Part shown: positions 46,006 to 58,369 of the stretch, one piece after another | How the letters are laid out: every line of letters begins with the position of its first letter | How positions within the stretch are numbered: the stretch's first letter is position 1 | Origin: Dicyema japonicum | Lineage: Eukaryota > Animalia > Dicyemida | NCBI GenBank assembly: GCA_011109175.1 | Contig: RDEW01000033.1 | Coordinates: forward strand, 372,001-436,000 | DNA length: 64,000 bases | Reading direction: 5' to 3' | The notes under the pieces: model-generated | What the model was told of the DNA's origin: nothing | Databases searched by the model: none | The model's input: the letters and a program-made list of their open reading frames with translations, nothing else | Position numbers and translations under genes: made by a program

Positions 46006-47700
46006 TTATAAAAACTTAGAAGCCAAAGCCTCAATCTCAGCCAATGATTTGTTCTCCAAGCAATCAGTCTTACGCGACTTATTCCTTCCTGTGGTCCCGG
46101 ACACGACAACCTTCCGTTTTCTCGCCTTACTCTTTCCCTCAACAGCCTACAAATAATCTAGGGTAAATCACTTTGCTCTGAACTATCAATTGTTTCTCCA
46201 GAAACCGAAGTCGCGGAGTAACAGAAAGTCCCATAGACCTAAAATCGTGAAAATGACAAATACCGTGAAAATTCCGCGAGATTCAGTTTCTTAACGTCGA
46301 ATAACTCCTTATCCGCTGCATAAAAGACCCACTTGGCGTATGAGAGGATGGCCTTCTTGCATGCGTCGTTCAATTCTGGACTGTTGGCACAGCAGGACTG
46401 GACTCGACTAGTCACATCCACGTGGGTCTCACAGTTGATCTCAATTATGGGGATTCGGTGATTCAGTAACTTCTCAACAAAGTACAACTCAGAGTCCAGC
46501 AAAATCAGCAGGGAATGTCCACGATTTTGGTACCTCGCAGTCCTCCCAACTCTGTGGATATACGAATCAACAGAGTCGGGACAGTCGAGCTGAATCACCC
46601 AGTCGACCGCAGCAAAGTCTAATCCACGTGCTGCCAAATCAGTAGCAATAAGAGCAGAGTAATTCCTGTTCTCAAACTCTTCACAAACGCGACTCCTTTG
46701 ATGTTGTTTCATTCCACCGTGAAGACACCCAACTTTGATCCTCATGGCTTTCAGAAGCCCCTCCAGATACTTACCTGTTTACACGTGGATAGGAACACAA
46801 TCATCCTCCGCTTTTTCATCACAAGTCCACACAAAACGCTCAGTTTCTGGCCTATTCCGCATTTTATATATTTCTGCATTGATTTCACGGTGATACCTGT
46901 TTCAGGCCGTTGGGGGTGGAAAACTCTGAGTGTTCATGAACGGAAATATAAAGAGGACTGGTCACATGTAGTCGACTCAAATCGGTCACAGACTTTGTTA
47001 GCGTGGCTGAGAACAACAGGTTCTGTCTCTTTTGGGGCAACAATTCGAGGATGTAATTTAGGGTCTCCGAAAACCCCAAGTCAAGGGTACGGTCAGCCTC
47101 GTCCAGCACTACAGTGATCATGGACAACAAACCTAGCACTCGAAGGTTCAGACTCTCACCCTCTTCTAAGAATTCCAGAAGTCTTCCAGGGGTTCCCACA
47201 ATTATGTTGGGACTCGATTTTGTTGGTCTTTTCGCCTCCTATGAGCAGTCCCCGTGTAAACACGTGCTCAGAACAAATTCCGTCGAGGACCTTAAATATT
47301 TGAGAGGCCAACTCCCTCGTAGGGGACACTATGAGAGCTGTCAGTCCATCAAGATGAGTGACATGTGCCCAATAAAGAGACTCAACAACCTTGATGAGTA
47401 TGATATGTACTGGAATAAGGAATGCAAGGGTTTTTCCTGATCCCGTCTTTGCTGCGGCCAACAAGTTTTGTCCCCGAAGAGCTGGAAGGATTGCTTCCCT
47501 CTGGATGTCCGTTACTTCCTGCCACTGGGTCAATCCATTGAGAGTGCGGTCAGACAAAGGAAGGTCAGTAAACTTTTTAATATTTTCCGTTGAAGTGATC
47601 TTTAATACTTATATGACGTTACAGTAGATAGTTTATTCTTTAGTTTAGAAATTTCTTGAATTGTATCGTGATTCTTGCTTTTACTAGACTTTCTTCCCAT
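46006..47700 (-). CDS. DDX10: DEAD-box RNA helicase DDX10/Dbp4, micro-introns, short C-terminus
   Basis: AAKTGSGKTLAFLIP, SPTRELA, GTPGRLL, DEADRTLDLGF, FSAT, ARGLDF..VDWVIQLDCP, YIHRVGRTARY. Confidence 0.85.
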
Positions 47701-47853
47701 ATGGCACGTAAAATTTTAAATTTAAATTTAAAAATAATTTATTACTTATTTCATAAAAGTTTTATTGTTGTAATTAATTTTAAATCTTCCATATCATAGA
47801 TGGATTTAATTTACAATGGTCTCGATTGACATCAATAAACAAGGCGTTTGACT

Positions 47854-47988
47854 GCTTCCAATGAGAAGAGCTGTTCAGGATTCTCGACCCCGCCGGACTC
47901 GTCCTCTCCTTTGTCGGTCTGGGATCACTTAGCTAGATGATAACTTTTATTTCTTTCTCTTTGACCCAGTGATCCTGGGGGTAATAAT
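47854..47988 (+). mobile_element. 135-bp retroposed LINE 3' end
   Basis: Perfect 16-bp TSD AACAAGGCGTTTGACT at 47838-47853 and 47989-48004; (TAA)n tail; longer homolog at about 53330-53470. Confidence 0.85.
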
Positions 47989-48059
47989 AACAAGGCGTTT
48001 GACTCGGTACCGAAGAAACATTTAATTGGAAAAATTTTTGATTCAAAAATTCGCCCTAA

Positions 48060-49047
48060 CTTGAAGCTATGGCTGGCCAATTTTTTTATCTGGAAGACGT
48101 GGGAGGGTCATCTGTGGCCACCTCAGATCACGTTTATTACCAAACGGAGTGTCCCAAGGTTCGCCTTTGTCCCCCACTCTATTCAACCTTTTCCTCCACG
48201 ACCTGCCAGCAGACATTGACTTCCTACTGCTTTCTTATGCTGACGATATCATTATTGCAACAAGAAGCAGTTCGACATCAGAAGCAGTCTCACTCGCACA
48301 GAAGAAAGTGGATTGTATCCACGATTGGTTGATAGCTAACCGTCTCTCGGCATCGGCTCCAAAATCAACATGAACTCTATTCAACTCCGACCGGTGGTCC
48401 AAAGAAGAAACAGAAATCTTAATCGGACATATTCGGATACCTGTCACAAGGAACCCCTCAATCCTGGGAGTGACATACGATAGGCTGCTTAATTTTACCT
48501 ACCATGCCAAACAAGTCTTCATCAAAGGACTACACAAATTGAATGTCACATGGGCCCTTATCCAGAAGACCCCAGCGAATATGAATAAAGCAATCGGAAC
48601 CATATACCGCCAGACAATCGCGCCGGCTATGGAATATGCCTATGCTGCGTGGAGATTCGCGTTATCAGAGGCCACTATCCAAAAACTAAACTTACTGCAA
48701 AGGAAAACAATACGCATGCTGGGACCACAATGTGAAACAAAAGTACCTCCCCTGATGACAGAATCTACAACTCGTAGATGTGGTTCCGGATTTCTCCGCA
48801 TTTGCGAGGAAGATAGACACTCACTAAGCCTCTCACTGTTCCACGCAAAAGAAAATCGGTTGACTAAAAAATTTCCGTCCCCAATCGGCTTCCTCTGCAA
48901 GGATCAAAGAAGGCATTTCCGTTCGACAGTGGGAACAATGGAGACGCACAGGCTTCGGATGGCACGTTTGGTTGCGGGAACTGGGATCACCTAACTAGTT
49001 GACTTTACTTTTGTATTTCTTTCTCGGTGATCCCTGGGTTAATAAAT
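48060..49047 (+). mobile_element. Jockey/I-like LINE, 5'-truncated RT plus 3' tail
   Basis: VSQGSPLSPTLFNLF, SYADDIIIA, ILGVTYD, YRQTIAPAMEY; tail GGGATCAC...GTGATCCC-TGGGTTAATAAAT. Confidence 0.85.
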
Positions 49048-49064
49048 GTTGTATGTCATAAGAG

Positions 49065-52000
49065 CCCGGGGTGTTGATACTGTCCGGGTTGATAAGACAA
49101 ATTTATCACCTGAAAACATTAACAACCACTAAATTTTGTTTCAAGAGAAACAAAATAGAGAGAAGTTAAATCCTTAAGAAAATAGAAAAGTAAAATCCCG
49201 GAGTAAAGTAGAGATGTTAAATCCTCAAGGAAAAGAACCGAGATATAAGGTTACTTTATAGTAAATTCGGAAACAGGAAACACTTTATTCAAACAGGAAT
49301 TAGGAGTTAGTTTAAGGGGTTATTTACGAGTCCGCCTATGCTGCCTGAACACTTCCTACGGATCCCATCTCCATCTAATTTAGTTCCAGCGTCGGATCCC
49401 ATTGATCCTCTTCTCTACAATGTATTTTGACTGGTGCGAGAATACTATCCTCTTCTGTACTCAGGACATCAAGCAGCCTTTTCCCCAAGGCTAACTTTAT
49501 TGCTGACCTTCTCGACTTTTCCATGAGTAACATTATTCTATCCCTTTGTCGAGAGAAATACCATGCTTCACACCGTATAGTAACCCTGGTAGAATAATCC
49601 TCATGAAGATAAATAAGGTCTCCAAGCTTACGGACAATTTGCTTGTACAAAGAAGCGCTTGTAGCGCTTTCTTTTTCTTCGTCTGATATTCTCCATGACA
49701 GAACCTTCCCCATCGATAACTATCCCGAGGTAGCGGAGTGAATGTACGTTCGGAATATCAAGTGAGTAGGGCTGCGCACGATGTCTCCGTATGCGGCTAA
49801 CTCTCAAGTAGCTGGACTTCTCAGTAGGGAGTCTCATCCCTCTCTTGGAGCACCAATCCTGCACTTGGTCAATAAATGACTTGATTCTTTTTTCCGATAG
49901 AGTTGACTTCCCAGACGTATCTGTAGTCAGGATATCGTCTGGGTATATCAACAGTTTGGTGTTCGTATCCTGCGGAATTGGGAAGTCCGACAGAAACACA
50001 TTGAACAGAAGCGGGCTCAAAACAGAGCCCTGTGGAACGCCTCTCTTCAATAGGATATCTTTTGACATATTTGACCCGACACGTACTCGGGAAGTTCGTC
50101 CTGTTAGGAAGTCCTTTATCCATGTGAAAAGTTTCTTTTGATTTCTGCAGCCGCTAGCCTTGATAGGAGGGCTTTATGACACACGCTATCGACACCTTGG
50201 ACAGGTCCAGACATACCAGGTTGAATTGCCTCTTGAATTCCAGAACTCTCAATACTACTGAATACATGTGGTGGATGCAATCCGTGCAGGATTTCTCAGA
50301 TCTGAAACCACATTGTTCCGCGAGGAGGAAGCAGCTCTCTTCCATATGCTCGTTTAGTCTTTTGAAGATGATTCTATAAGCAATCTTGGAGATAGAGCAG
50401 ATTAGGTTGATTTGCCTATAGTTAAGGGGATCTCTCCCCGACACTCTTGGTTTAAGAATCATCCTGACAATAGAGGTTTTGCAGCATCTTGGGATATATC
50501 CATGATCAATGCTTGCGTTGAACAAGTTCTTCAGCACGAGCAGCAGATCCTCTGGGCCTTCCTGGAAAAATCTCATGCTAACATGGTCATGTCCTGGGGT
50601 GTTAGCTTTGCATGCTCTAATTGCAATCACGACGTCTTCTGTCGTTACTTTTTAAATCAGTATTTTTGAGATCGTTCGGAGAATAGGTAAGAAGTTCTTG
50701 TAAAGCTCCCAACTCTTCCCTCGGGATCAGCTCCATAGGGTCAATTCCCTGGATACGGTCTAGTTGCTTCTTAAAGATATCTGGGACTTCTTCCGTAGAA
50801 CATGATCCACCTTCTGGCTTGGTCAAAGAGATTCTCATATCATTCCTTCTCTGGCCAGTTATTCTTTTGTAGATCTTCCAGAACGAGGGGTCTTTGGTGT
50901 TTAGTTTGCTTGCCTCTACTCTCCAGCATTGTTTTTGAGTCAGTCTTGTTTCCTCTTCAATGGCTTTTTTGATTACATCGGTCTCCCCACATAGGTGTAG
51001 AGCAGTGGTGACACCAGGAACACGCCAAGCATATCTCCACCGTGATGGGAGTAGTGATTCGGCTTCTCCGACGTCATAATCTCGAAAACTTTTCCTTATC
51101 ACTCAATTTTCTTAGTTTGATTCCATCCTCGTTAGTTCCGAGGCATCCATATTTAATGTTCTTGGCGTTTAGATCTCCCACTAGGACAGACATATCGTTT
51201 CCTGGAAATAATTCTTCAATTTCTGTGGAGCACTTTCTAAGGACCTTTGAATACATCCCTCCAACGTGTTTCCAACGGCCACAGCAGCGCACCTCGACGG
51301 AAACAAATTCACAATGTGTATTCATAATGACTTTTGGCTCACGTATCTGTAGAACATCACTGTAGAATAATGTGGTTCCAGTACCAGCGTCTGCACTTTC
51401 AACCCATGGTATTTTTATAGAATTATATCCCTGTAGCATTGTAGTGTTGGTCTTTTCTACCTTGGTCTCGTTGACCACCAGGATGTCAATCTTGGTGGAC
51501 AAAAGGAGTAGTGCTAAATCATGACGCCTCTTCCTCAGGGATTGGGCGTTCACCAGCACTATCTTCAGGTTTCTTTTCAATTTTCTTTTTGGTGGCCCGG
51601 GCTCTCCATGGCCAGGTTCACCATTCTTCGTAAATCCATTATCAGTGTGTAAGGTTTCAGGTGGTCCAACTGAGTAAAACATGTCTTCAGAAGAATTTCT
51701 TATATTTTGTGAAGTTTTACTAATTAAGGGAAATGACCAAGCAAATTATGAGTAACAATCAATTACATTAAGAATCAATTTATATTTTTTATTATAGAAA
51801 GAATATCTCCGAAGATCTATACAATCCGCCATGAATCCTTCGAATCAATGTGAAAAAATAATCATTTGAATACTTTCACAAGTTGAAATGGTTGCATGAA
51901 TCACAAGTTGATATAAAAAGGCGAATAACTTTTTGATTGATACCAATGTATTTTTCGCAAATTAATTAAAAATTTTTAATTCTGTAAAATTTTTTGTTTT

Positions 52001-52193
52001 TTGATGGAAAAAGGGACCGATCCTTCGACCTCTTCTATTTTTATCCCTTTTCACGCTTAATCGCTTTATTGACTCAAAATAAAATTTTTTGTTTTTTGAT
52101 AGAAAAAGGGTCCTTCGAAGCAAACCTTAGTGGTTGTTATTGTTTTCAAGTGATAAATTTGTCTTATCAACCCGGACAGTATCAACAGCCCGG
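49065..52193 (-). mobile_element. TIR-bounded integrase-core (rve-type, Ginger/KRBA2-like) DNA transposon remnant
   Basis: About 67-bp inverted repeats at 49065-49132 and 52127-52193; remnant ISTCDSC, FMADCIDLRRYS, LNVIDCYS*FAWSFPL, PPETLHTDNG at about 51630-51960. Confidence 0.8.
49267..51629 (-). mobile_element. APE-RT LINE nested in the integrase element
   Basis: VNAQS, VNETK, VGDLN, PGHDHV, NYRQI, QCGFR, DLSK, GVPQGSVLSPLLFN, YLGI; candidate TSD GTAAAT at 49261-49266 and 51630-51635. Confidence 0.85.
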
Positions 52194-52318
52194 ACGCAAT
52201 AAATAAATAATTTAATTTACGTGGTGCCATGTGGTTCACCTTTTGTGGAGGCACTCAGTATCAAAGTGATATGAAAAAAAAGCCATCATATCTTTTTTAC
52301 CTCACCAATTACCTCGAT

Positions 52319-52647
52319 AGCCGGGTGGCATAGTGGTTAGGTGTCGGGCTTAAGTGGCTTAGGTTACGGGTTCGAATCTCACTTCTGTTCATCTGGTGGA
52401 AGGTTCCACGCATCTACGGTGCAGAAAGGGTTTGACGAGTGACGCCGTCATGAGTGGATACTCACTGCGGAACTAGATTGTCTAGAAAGGACACTCACAC
52501 AAGAAAAAGAAAAAAAGAAGTGAAGATCATTCCTTGGTTCTACGATTAGTTAAAATTATCTGTTCTTTACTTAAATAAAGTGTGTGTCCTGCCTATGCGG
52601 AGCTATAAATATTATGGCTCTCGTGAAAAGGCTTTAAAAAAATTAAG
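52319..52647 (+). mobile_element. tRNA-derived SINE, family 2, full length, type A tail
   Basis: A box TGGCATAGTGG, B box GGTTCGAATC; tail ATGCGGAGCTATAAATATTATGGCTCTCGTGAAAAGG; TSD TTACCTCGAT at 52309-52318 and 52648-52657. Confidence 0.9.
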
Positions 52648-52939
52648 TTACCTCGATGGGTTGGCTTCATAATATTCTGGTTTCATTGTCTTGCTGTAAA
52701 TGTTGTAGAACCAAACCTGGTACTGGTTCTACTATAACTATTATACAGCTGTCATCTTGGTTCGTAGTAAAGTTATTGAACTGCGCGTTCTGATTGCATT
52801 CCTCAAAGTAAACATCGACCTCATTTTTTGAGTCAACTGAAATTGCACTCTCTAAAGAACATATTCCACCCCTGGATCGTGTCCGACCTAATATATCACT
52901 AACTTACGGGACTATGTGTATTGGAAAAATTATTATATG

Positions 52940-53470
52940 AGGCGAGTTGAATTCCAAGTATCCCCATTAATCACGATATCGACCAATTGACGACCGAGGA
53001 GAGTTTATTGTCGATTCTAGACCATATGGCTATTCCAACAATCCGGATGTTCATACCTGGACCCAAATTCCCATTTAAACAAATGGCTTGTAATTTAATG
53101 ACTGAAGTTCCCAACGAGCAAATTCGGATAATTATTATACGCGCTATGTCATTGGACGTGACAAAGCATGTGCAACACGAGAAATCAAACTACAAGTTAA
53201 CTTCCATTTCTGACGAATGTGTGCTAGGTAGAGCAGCCTGTCAAGGACTTCGCCCGTCTTGAAGTCTTGGCCTCGGTCGACAGCGGAACGTGGAGCTTCC
53301 ATAAAAAGCTATTTTTCAAGACCACGATGCCATGTCCAATGAAAAACTGTTCAGAATTCTCGACCCCACCGGATTCGTCTTCTTCCCTGTCTGTCTGGGA
53401 TCACTTAGTTAGTTGAGAACCTATTATTTCTTTTCTTTGACCCAGTGATCCTGAAGGTAATAATAATATG
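52940..53470 (+). mobile_element. Decayed LINE (APE fragment plus 3' hairpin tail)
   Basis: GELNSK..IDDRG..LDHM APE-like segment; tail homologous to 47854-47988. Confidence 0.6.
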
Positions 53471-54423
53471 ACGACGTTCAAGTCCAGAAGTAGTATATCC
53501 CCAAACAGGCTCCATCTTGCCTCCGTGATCTCAAAGAAATGAAAAACGCCTAATTAATTTTTTTAATTTATAATTTGATATTTTTTTGTTTTTTTTGCGG
53601 GAACTCCCTTAACAACAACAAATGTAAATGTTCTTCAGTCACAACATATTTGGATTTAAATAGAGTTTTCGCTAACAAACGTCATTTGGTAGAAGTCAGA
53701 ATGCCAGTCTCCAAAAAATCACGTCCATCCCAAGTTTCCAATAGTTGGTGTGATTTTTTTGTTAGCTGATGCGTTAATTAACCTTTTTAGGACGGCAATG
53801 CCTAACACTCACAGATTGTTTAACATGGTAACATCAGGATTAGTTGGTTGATGGGTTATCCTGTATGGCGTTCTTGTATTTAAGATGGGTCATTCATGAT
53901 CGTCAATGAGCCTGTCTGTAATAGAATAAGGCTGACTTGATAGTCAAAGTGGGTGTTTAACATTCATATCCCCACAGACGAGAACGTTTTCGAAGGTAGA
54001 CAGAGCAAATAGGTCAGGCATAACAAAGTTATTCGGACATGGAACAGGGGGATGTAATTGTTAATAAGAGAAATTTTTCATTCTGACGTTGCAAATAGTC
54101 TCAATAATTTCTTTAAAATTTTCATTCCCTGAGGAATTCTTCACTTCCGAAGAGATGCCAAAGCATTTATGGTCATTCCAGCACATAGTTAGAAGTCCAG
54201 CCCGGTTTCTTCGTTAAGACGGGGTTCTTTTGAGAGACTGTTGATATCTCCGTGAATAGGAGGGGCTCTTTTGATATACTGTTGACATCTTCCTTGAAGT
54301 TTAAGCCATGTTAGAAACGTGTCACTGGGCAGCGAGAATCCTCTCCAGAGGAAAGAAGCTCTTGGTTCTCATTCTAGACGAATTGGGTTCCTTCTGAAAA
54401 CTTACAGAGTATATGAACCACAT

Positions 54424-54718
54424 ATGGAGGTTGTCCGTAAATGATAATTACAGACATTGTCAAAGATATCCGGTCTTCAATTCCCTATTCATAACAAAGA
54501 TTTTTAAGGATTAGTCATTGATACAATTTCTGCTACTGATGGCCCCTACAAGAATATTGATAGAAGTTCTTGAAGTGGCTCTTTCTCGTTTTGGTCTTTA
54601 GGATACTGAAAATCCGACCTCATAATGGGTTTTAAAATGTTCTTTTATCCAAAAATATATTTATCCTTATCCTATCTTAATTATTAGAAAGTGACGCTAT
54701 TGATCGAGAAAGTAACGT
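54424..54718 (-). mobile_element. Partial second copy of the Tc1/IS630 derivative
   Basis: Collinear with about 43675-43970. Confidence 0.8.
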
Positions 54719-54774
54719 TAATTATTTTTTATTTTAAAATCCAAATACCACCAAGAAAAAAAGTATTTACTCGC

Positions 54775-55400
54775 TAAATTAAGTGATCCCAGCCTCCAAC
54801 ATCTTTCGAATTCTCTTCGAATGCTCAACCACCGATCCAACTGCACTCCGGAAGTGTTTTCTTTTATGTTAGCAGAGGAATTCTATCGGATTGCACTCTT
54901 TAATGTCGATCTGAATTCTTCCGCATGAGCCGCCCTCTCTCTGAATGGATTTCTCAGCTCCTCGCACATACGTAAGAAGCCCTGGTCATTTCTTAACGTC
55001 GCCGCCTCTGAAAGAAGACTGGTGATGAATATAGTGTCCGATTGCATATGCCGCTTGATCTTCCGCCTGAGAGAGTTCATGCGCTAGACCCTTGTAGAGG
55101 GAATAGCGAATCTCCAAGCAGAACGGGCATATTCAACCGTCGGCACAATAACTTGCAGATATAGTTTACTGATACAAGCAGTAGGAGGGAAGGGACTCTT
55201 TTTTGATAGCTTTTAACTTCAAGGATCTTCTGAATTCGCGTATAAGGGATGGGAATGTTTCCCAATAATATCAAAGGGAATTGATAGAATAGTTGTATAG
55301 CCTCGATAACACAATATGCACCTGAGGTCATAGGTGTTTGAGGTGAATAGCACAGACACCGTCAGGAACACAGGGTCGGGTGGGTCTTAGAAATTTTATA
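54775..55400 (-). mobile_element. LINE 3' fragment with GGGATCAC-type tail
   Basis: RPCVPDG.CYSP, IYKQLIRPT-like, IKRHMQSD; tail GCTGGGATCACTTAATTTAG. Confidence 0.55.
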
Positions 55401-56879
55401 GTCTTTTCCACGTCACAAGGAGTAAAGAATGGTTCACGGCTAATTCGTCCAAAACAATTCGTCTAAAAAATTCGTCTAAATCGTCATGTTTGTCTATAAA
55501 CTCGATTTCGTAGTTAACCCCGACAGAGTCCCAATGTGGATTTGAATCCTTTTCGTTATCACCTTAAATCCACAGAAAACTATTATTAAACGTCCACCAA
55601 CCTCTCTCAACGCTGATGTCAATCACGTAGCCCTGAATACTAAAAGTCATCAAATATACAGTCTTCAGCAAATTCTTGACTGTTTCCCTCACATCTGATC
55701 TCTTCAGGTTGAGGTCGTCTAATATTTAGTCATAATGAAGCTTCTGCACTCGTTCGAGGAGGTTGCGATGAACTTTTGGATGATTTGTCGGTCAATGTCT
55801 GAGGTCACGTACAATTTGTACCGTTTTCTGCAAATTATGCTAATCGGGATTGTCGACCTCATGAAGAACTAATCCTCAATCTTTTCTGTGATAGGCCGTA
55901 GTTACCTTTGAAATGATTTTGCTTTTCAACCTTCCAGTATTTCTCTTCGTTGAGTTCTGAAAGTAAACAAACTCCACTTACTCTGATCTCCCGGTTGTAC
56001 TCACGTAGCAGAGAGTTGACCTCCATGTAGTTTTATCTTCTGTCTGTTCGCCTGCAATCTCAGCACATTCTAATAGGTTACTCCAATCGAATACCAGCGA
56101 ACTCATCCACCGTTACTTGTGTCACCTGGAGGTACCAAATCAAAGTCAAATTCTAACTCCTACCAAATGGTAATGAACAATTACTTCGAAGCCTCATTGA
56201 CTTGGTCAGACATATGAAATTGTTGAAAATCCAGAGAATCCCCAACTTTGGTTCGGTTGAACCGAATTTTACGTACTTTTTGTAAAGCAACTTGTGGGTT
56301 AGAGTTTAAATATGAGGTCCCCCTAACCCTTCTAATATGCGTGTCCTTAAAGAAGGGTGAGTAATACTTTACGATTTCCATGGCTTCCGCGAGGAGGGCC
56401 GACTCCCTTTCGTCTTCGGAGAAGACCTTCTGTAGGTTCTAGCCGCTTAGTCGGCAATTTACGTAAATATTCAATTTTTCGACTTTTATTCTCGAAAATA
56501 TTCTCCTCAGTCCAGTTTGATATGCACTGCTTTTCATATTCTCTGAAATATGATTTCTTAATTAATCCGACGACAACCTCAATCTTGTCCCTTATTTGGG
56601 AGGTGTCCAACACGGGAAGCAGTCTAACTATAGTACTGCAGCATTTTCCGTAAATATCGAATTGTTTTAGCTTGAGTGAACAAAAGTCTAAGAAGTGGTG
56701 ACAATCTAAATGAGCTGAGGAAACCCTCTTAAGATCGAGGATGTTGGAAGAGGTTGATTCGGAAAATTTTTCGAATGCTGTACGAATGAAATTATTTTTA
56801 TGGGTTAGTTAATCTCATTAAAACCGGAACCCCATAAATGCAGAACAAATCCGAATGCTTCCTTACTCGAATTTCTCTG

Positions 56880-56990
56880 CTGTCGGCTGAAAGTTCCACA
56901 CATCCACGATGCTTCCTGGTTGACGAATAGTGCCGTCATGACTGGTATCTTACTGCGGAACCGGATTGTCTACAGGGACTCATGCTTAAC
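56880..56990 (+). repeat. Diverged core of SINE family 2
   Basis: GTTCCACACATCCACGATGC..TTGACGAATAGTGCCGTCATGACTGG..CTGCGGAACCGGATTGTCTA. Confidence 0.65.
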
Positions 56991-57025
56991 CACGAGAAGT
57001 TAAGAACATGCCTTGGCCCCCGACC

Positions 57026-57215
57026 AGGTAGCTTAATGGTAATGACGCCATACTATAATACTGGCCTTTGGTTTGATCTCCCTTAGACTATTTGGTCGAA
57101 GCTTTCTTATTCCTGATATTCATTTTCTTCTGTTCTATTAGAATGGCGTCATGTGATCTGTCTGTACGCCCAGTGGAGGACGACACGTAAAAGATCATTT
57201 GCTCTCCCTCTCTTT
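57026..57215 (+). repeat. SINE family 1 relative with tRNA-like head
   Basis: GGTAGCTTAATGG (A-box-like), GGTTTGATC (B-box-like), then TGGCGTCATGTGATC..AAAAGATCATTTGCTCTCCC. Confidence 0.55.
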
Positions 57216-58369
57216 ATTGAATCATTCCTTTGAATGGTTCTCTGGATAGACTTGTCTCGTGGAATATTTTGACTCTGTATCGGTGCATCCTGGTAAATAA
57301 AGATGTGATCCAATAAAATAATTTCTTAGAGAATGTCGAACGCCTTAGAGGAGTACATCCATTTTCCTTTTCTTAATCTCTCTAATGTGAAAAGAGTAGA
57401 AAAGGTAGGGAGCATTGAATAAAAGAAAACTTATGATTTCGAAGCAAAAGAGAATGAATTGGTTCGACAAAATTGACCTGTCCTTAGAATTATGGATAAT
57501 TTGCTGTTAATCGAGGCTCTCCATTGAAGTAAGATGATCTTAAAATAAATTGTTAACCAGATCTAATATGTCTGGTGCTATAAAACAGTTTTCTAAATAG
57601 GGTCCTTGGGGAGCTCTGGGAATCCTCAGAAAAATCAAGGGATCTTTAGCAATTTTAAATTTAAAAAGCAATCACTACAGTTAATGCATAAAAATGCCGG
57701 TTTTTTTTGAATTCTTGGTATTAATAATTCTTATTCCGTTTATTTTAATTAATTTTCAAAGTTATTTATATTTAAAATTAAAAAAACGGTTTCATTAAAA
57801 ATTAATTGAAAATTCAAATTAATATCAAACGATGGGTTCCCAAACTTTCTTAAAGGAACGCACAGAGGCTTTTGGAGTGCTCGATAACATCGGATCTGAC
57901 TGTCGTGGATTTGAATCATATACACTTTTCAGCGAAAGTCAATTCTCGTCAAACAGATCTCACTCGTGAGATGACGAGTCCTCCTGGCACGACACAGTTG
58001 TTGAGAGGGATCTTCCTATCTTCTCCCTTGTCAACTTTACGGGCGAAGATTTTTAGTGAACACTCTTCCGCCTATGAATGAGACGCAATGGTAGGACGGG
58101 TAATTAAAATGGAAGCTGGCAGACTTACCTCTCCATTTCTTTTCGGAAGTGGAAGCCTGTAATGGACTATTGAAGGTTAGGTTGTTATGCACAAAAAAAC
58201 GTTCTCCTTTGGATTCCTCCCTTGGGTTAATTAGTTGTGACTGTTTGTGCTGGGCTTACCAAATATCGCAAGCTTGGGGTTAAAGTCACAAAAGTGTGGA
58301 AATCTACCTCGTAGTTCCTTCGGCGTACCCCGAAGATCTTTTTGTCACCGTTATTTTTAGTTTTTTACA

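Noticed and set aside
52319-52390. Possible tRNA gene (also 45870-45938 and 57026-57085)
   Set aside because: A and B boxes are present, but I could not form a proper acceptor stem or anticodon arm. The sequence continues into a repeated body with a LINE tail and TSD, so it is a SINE head.
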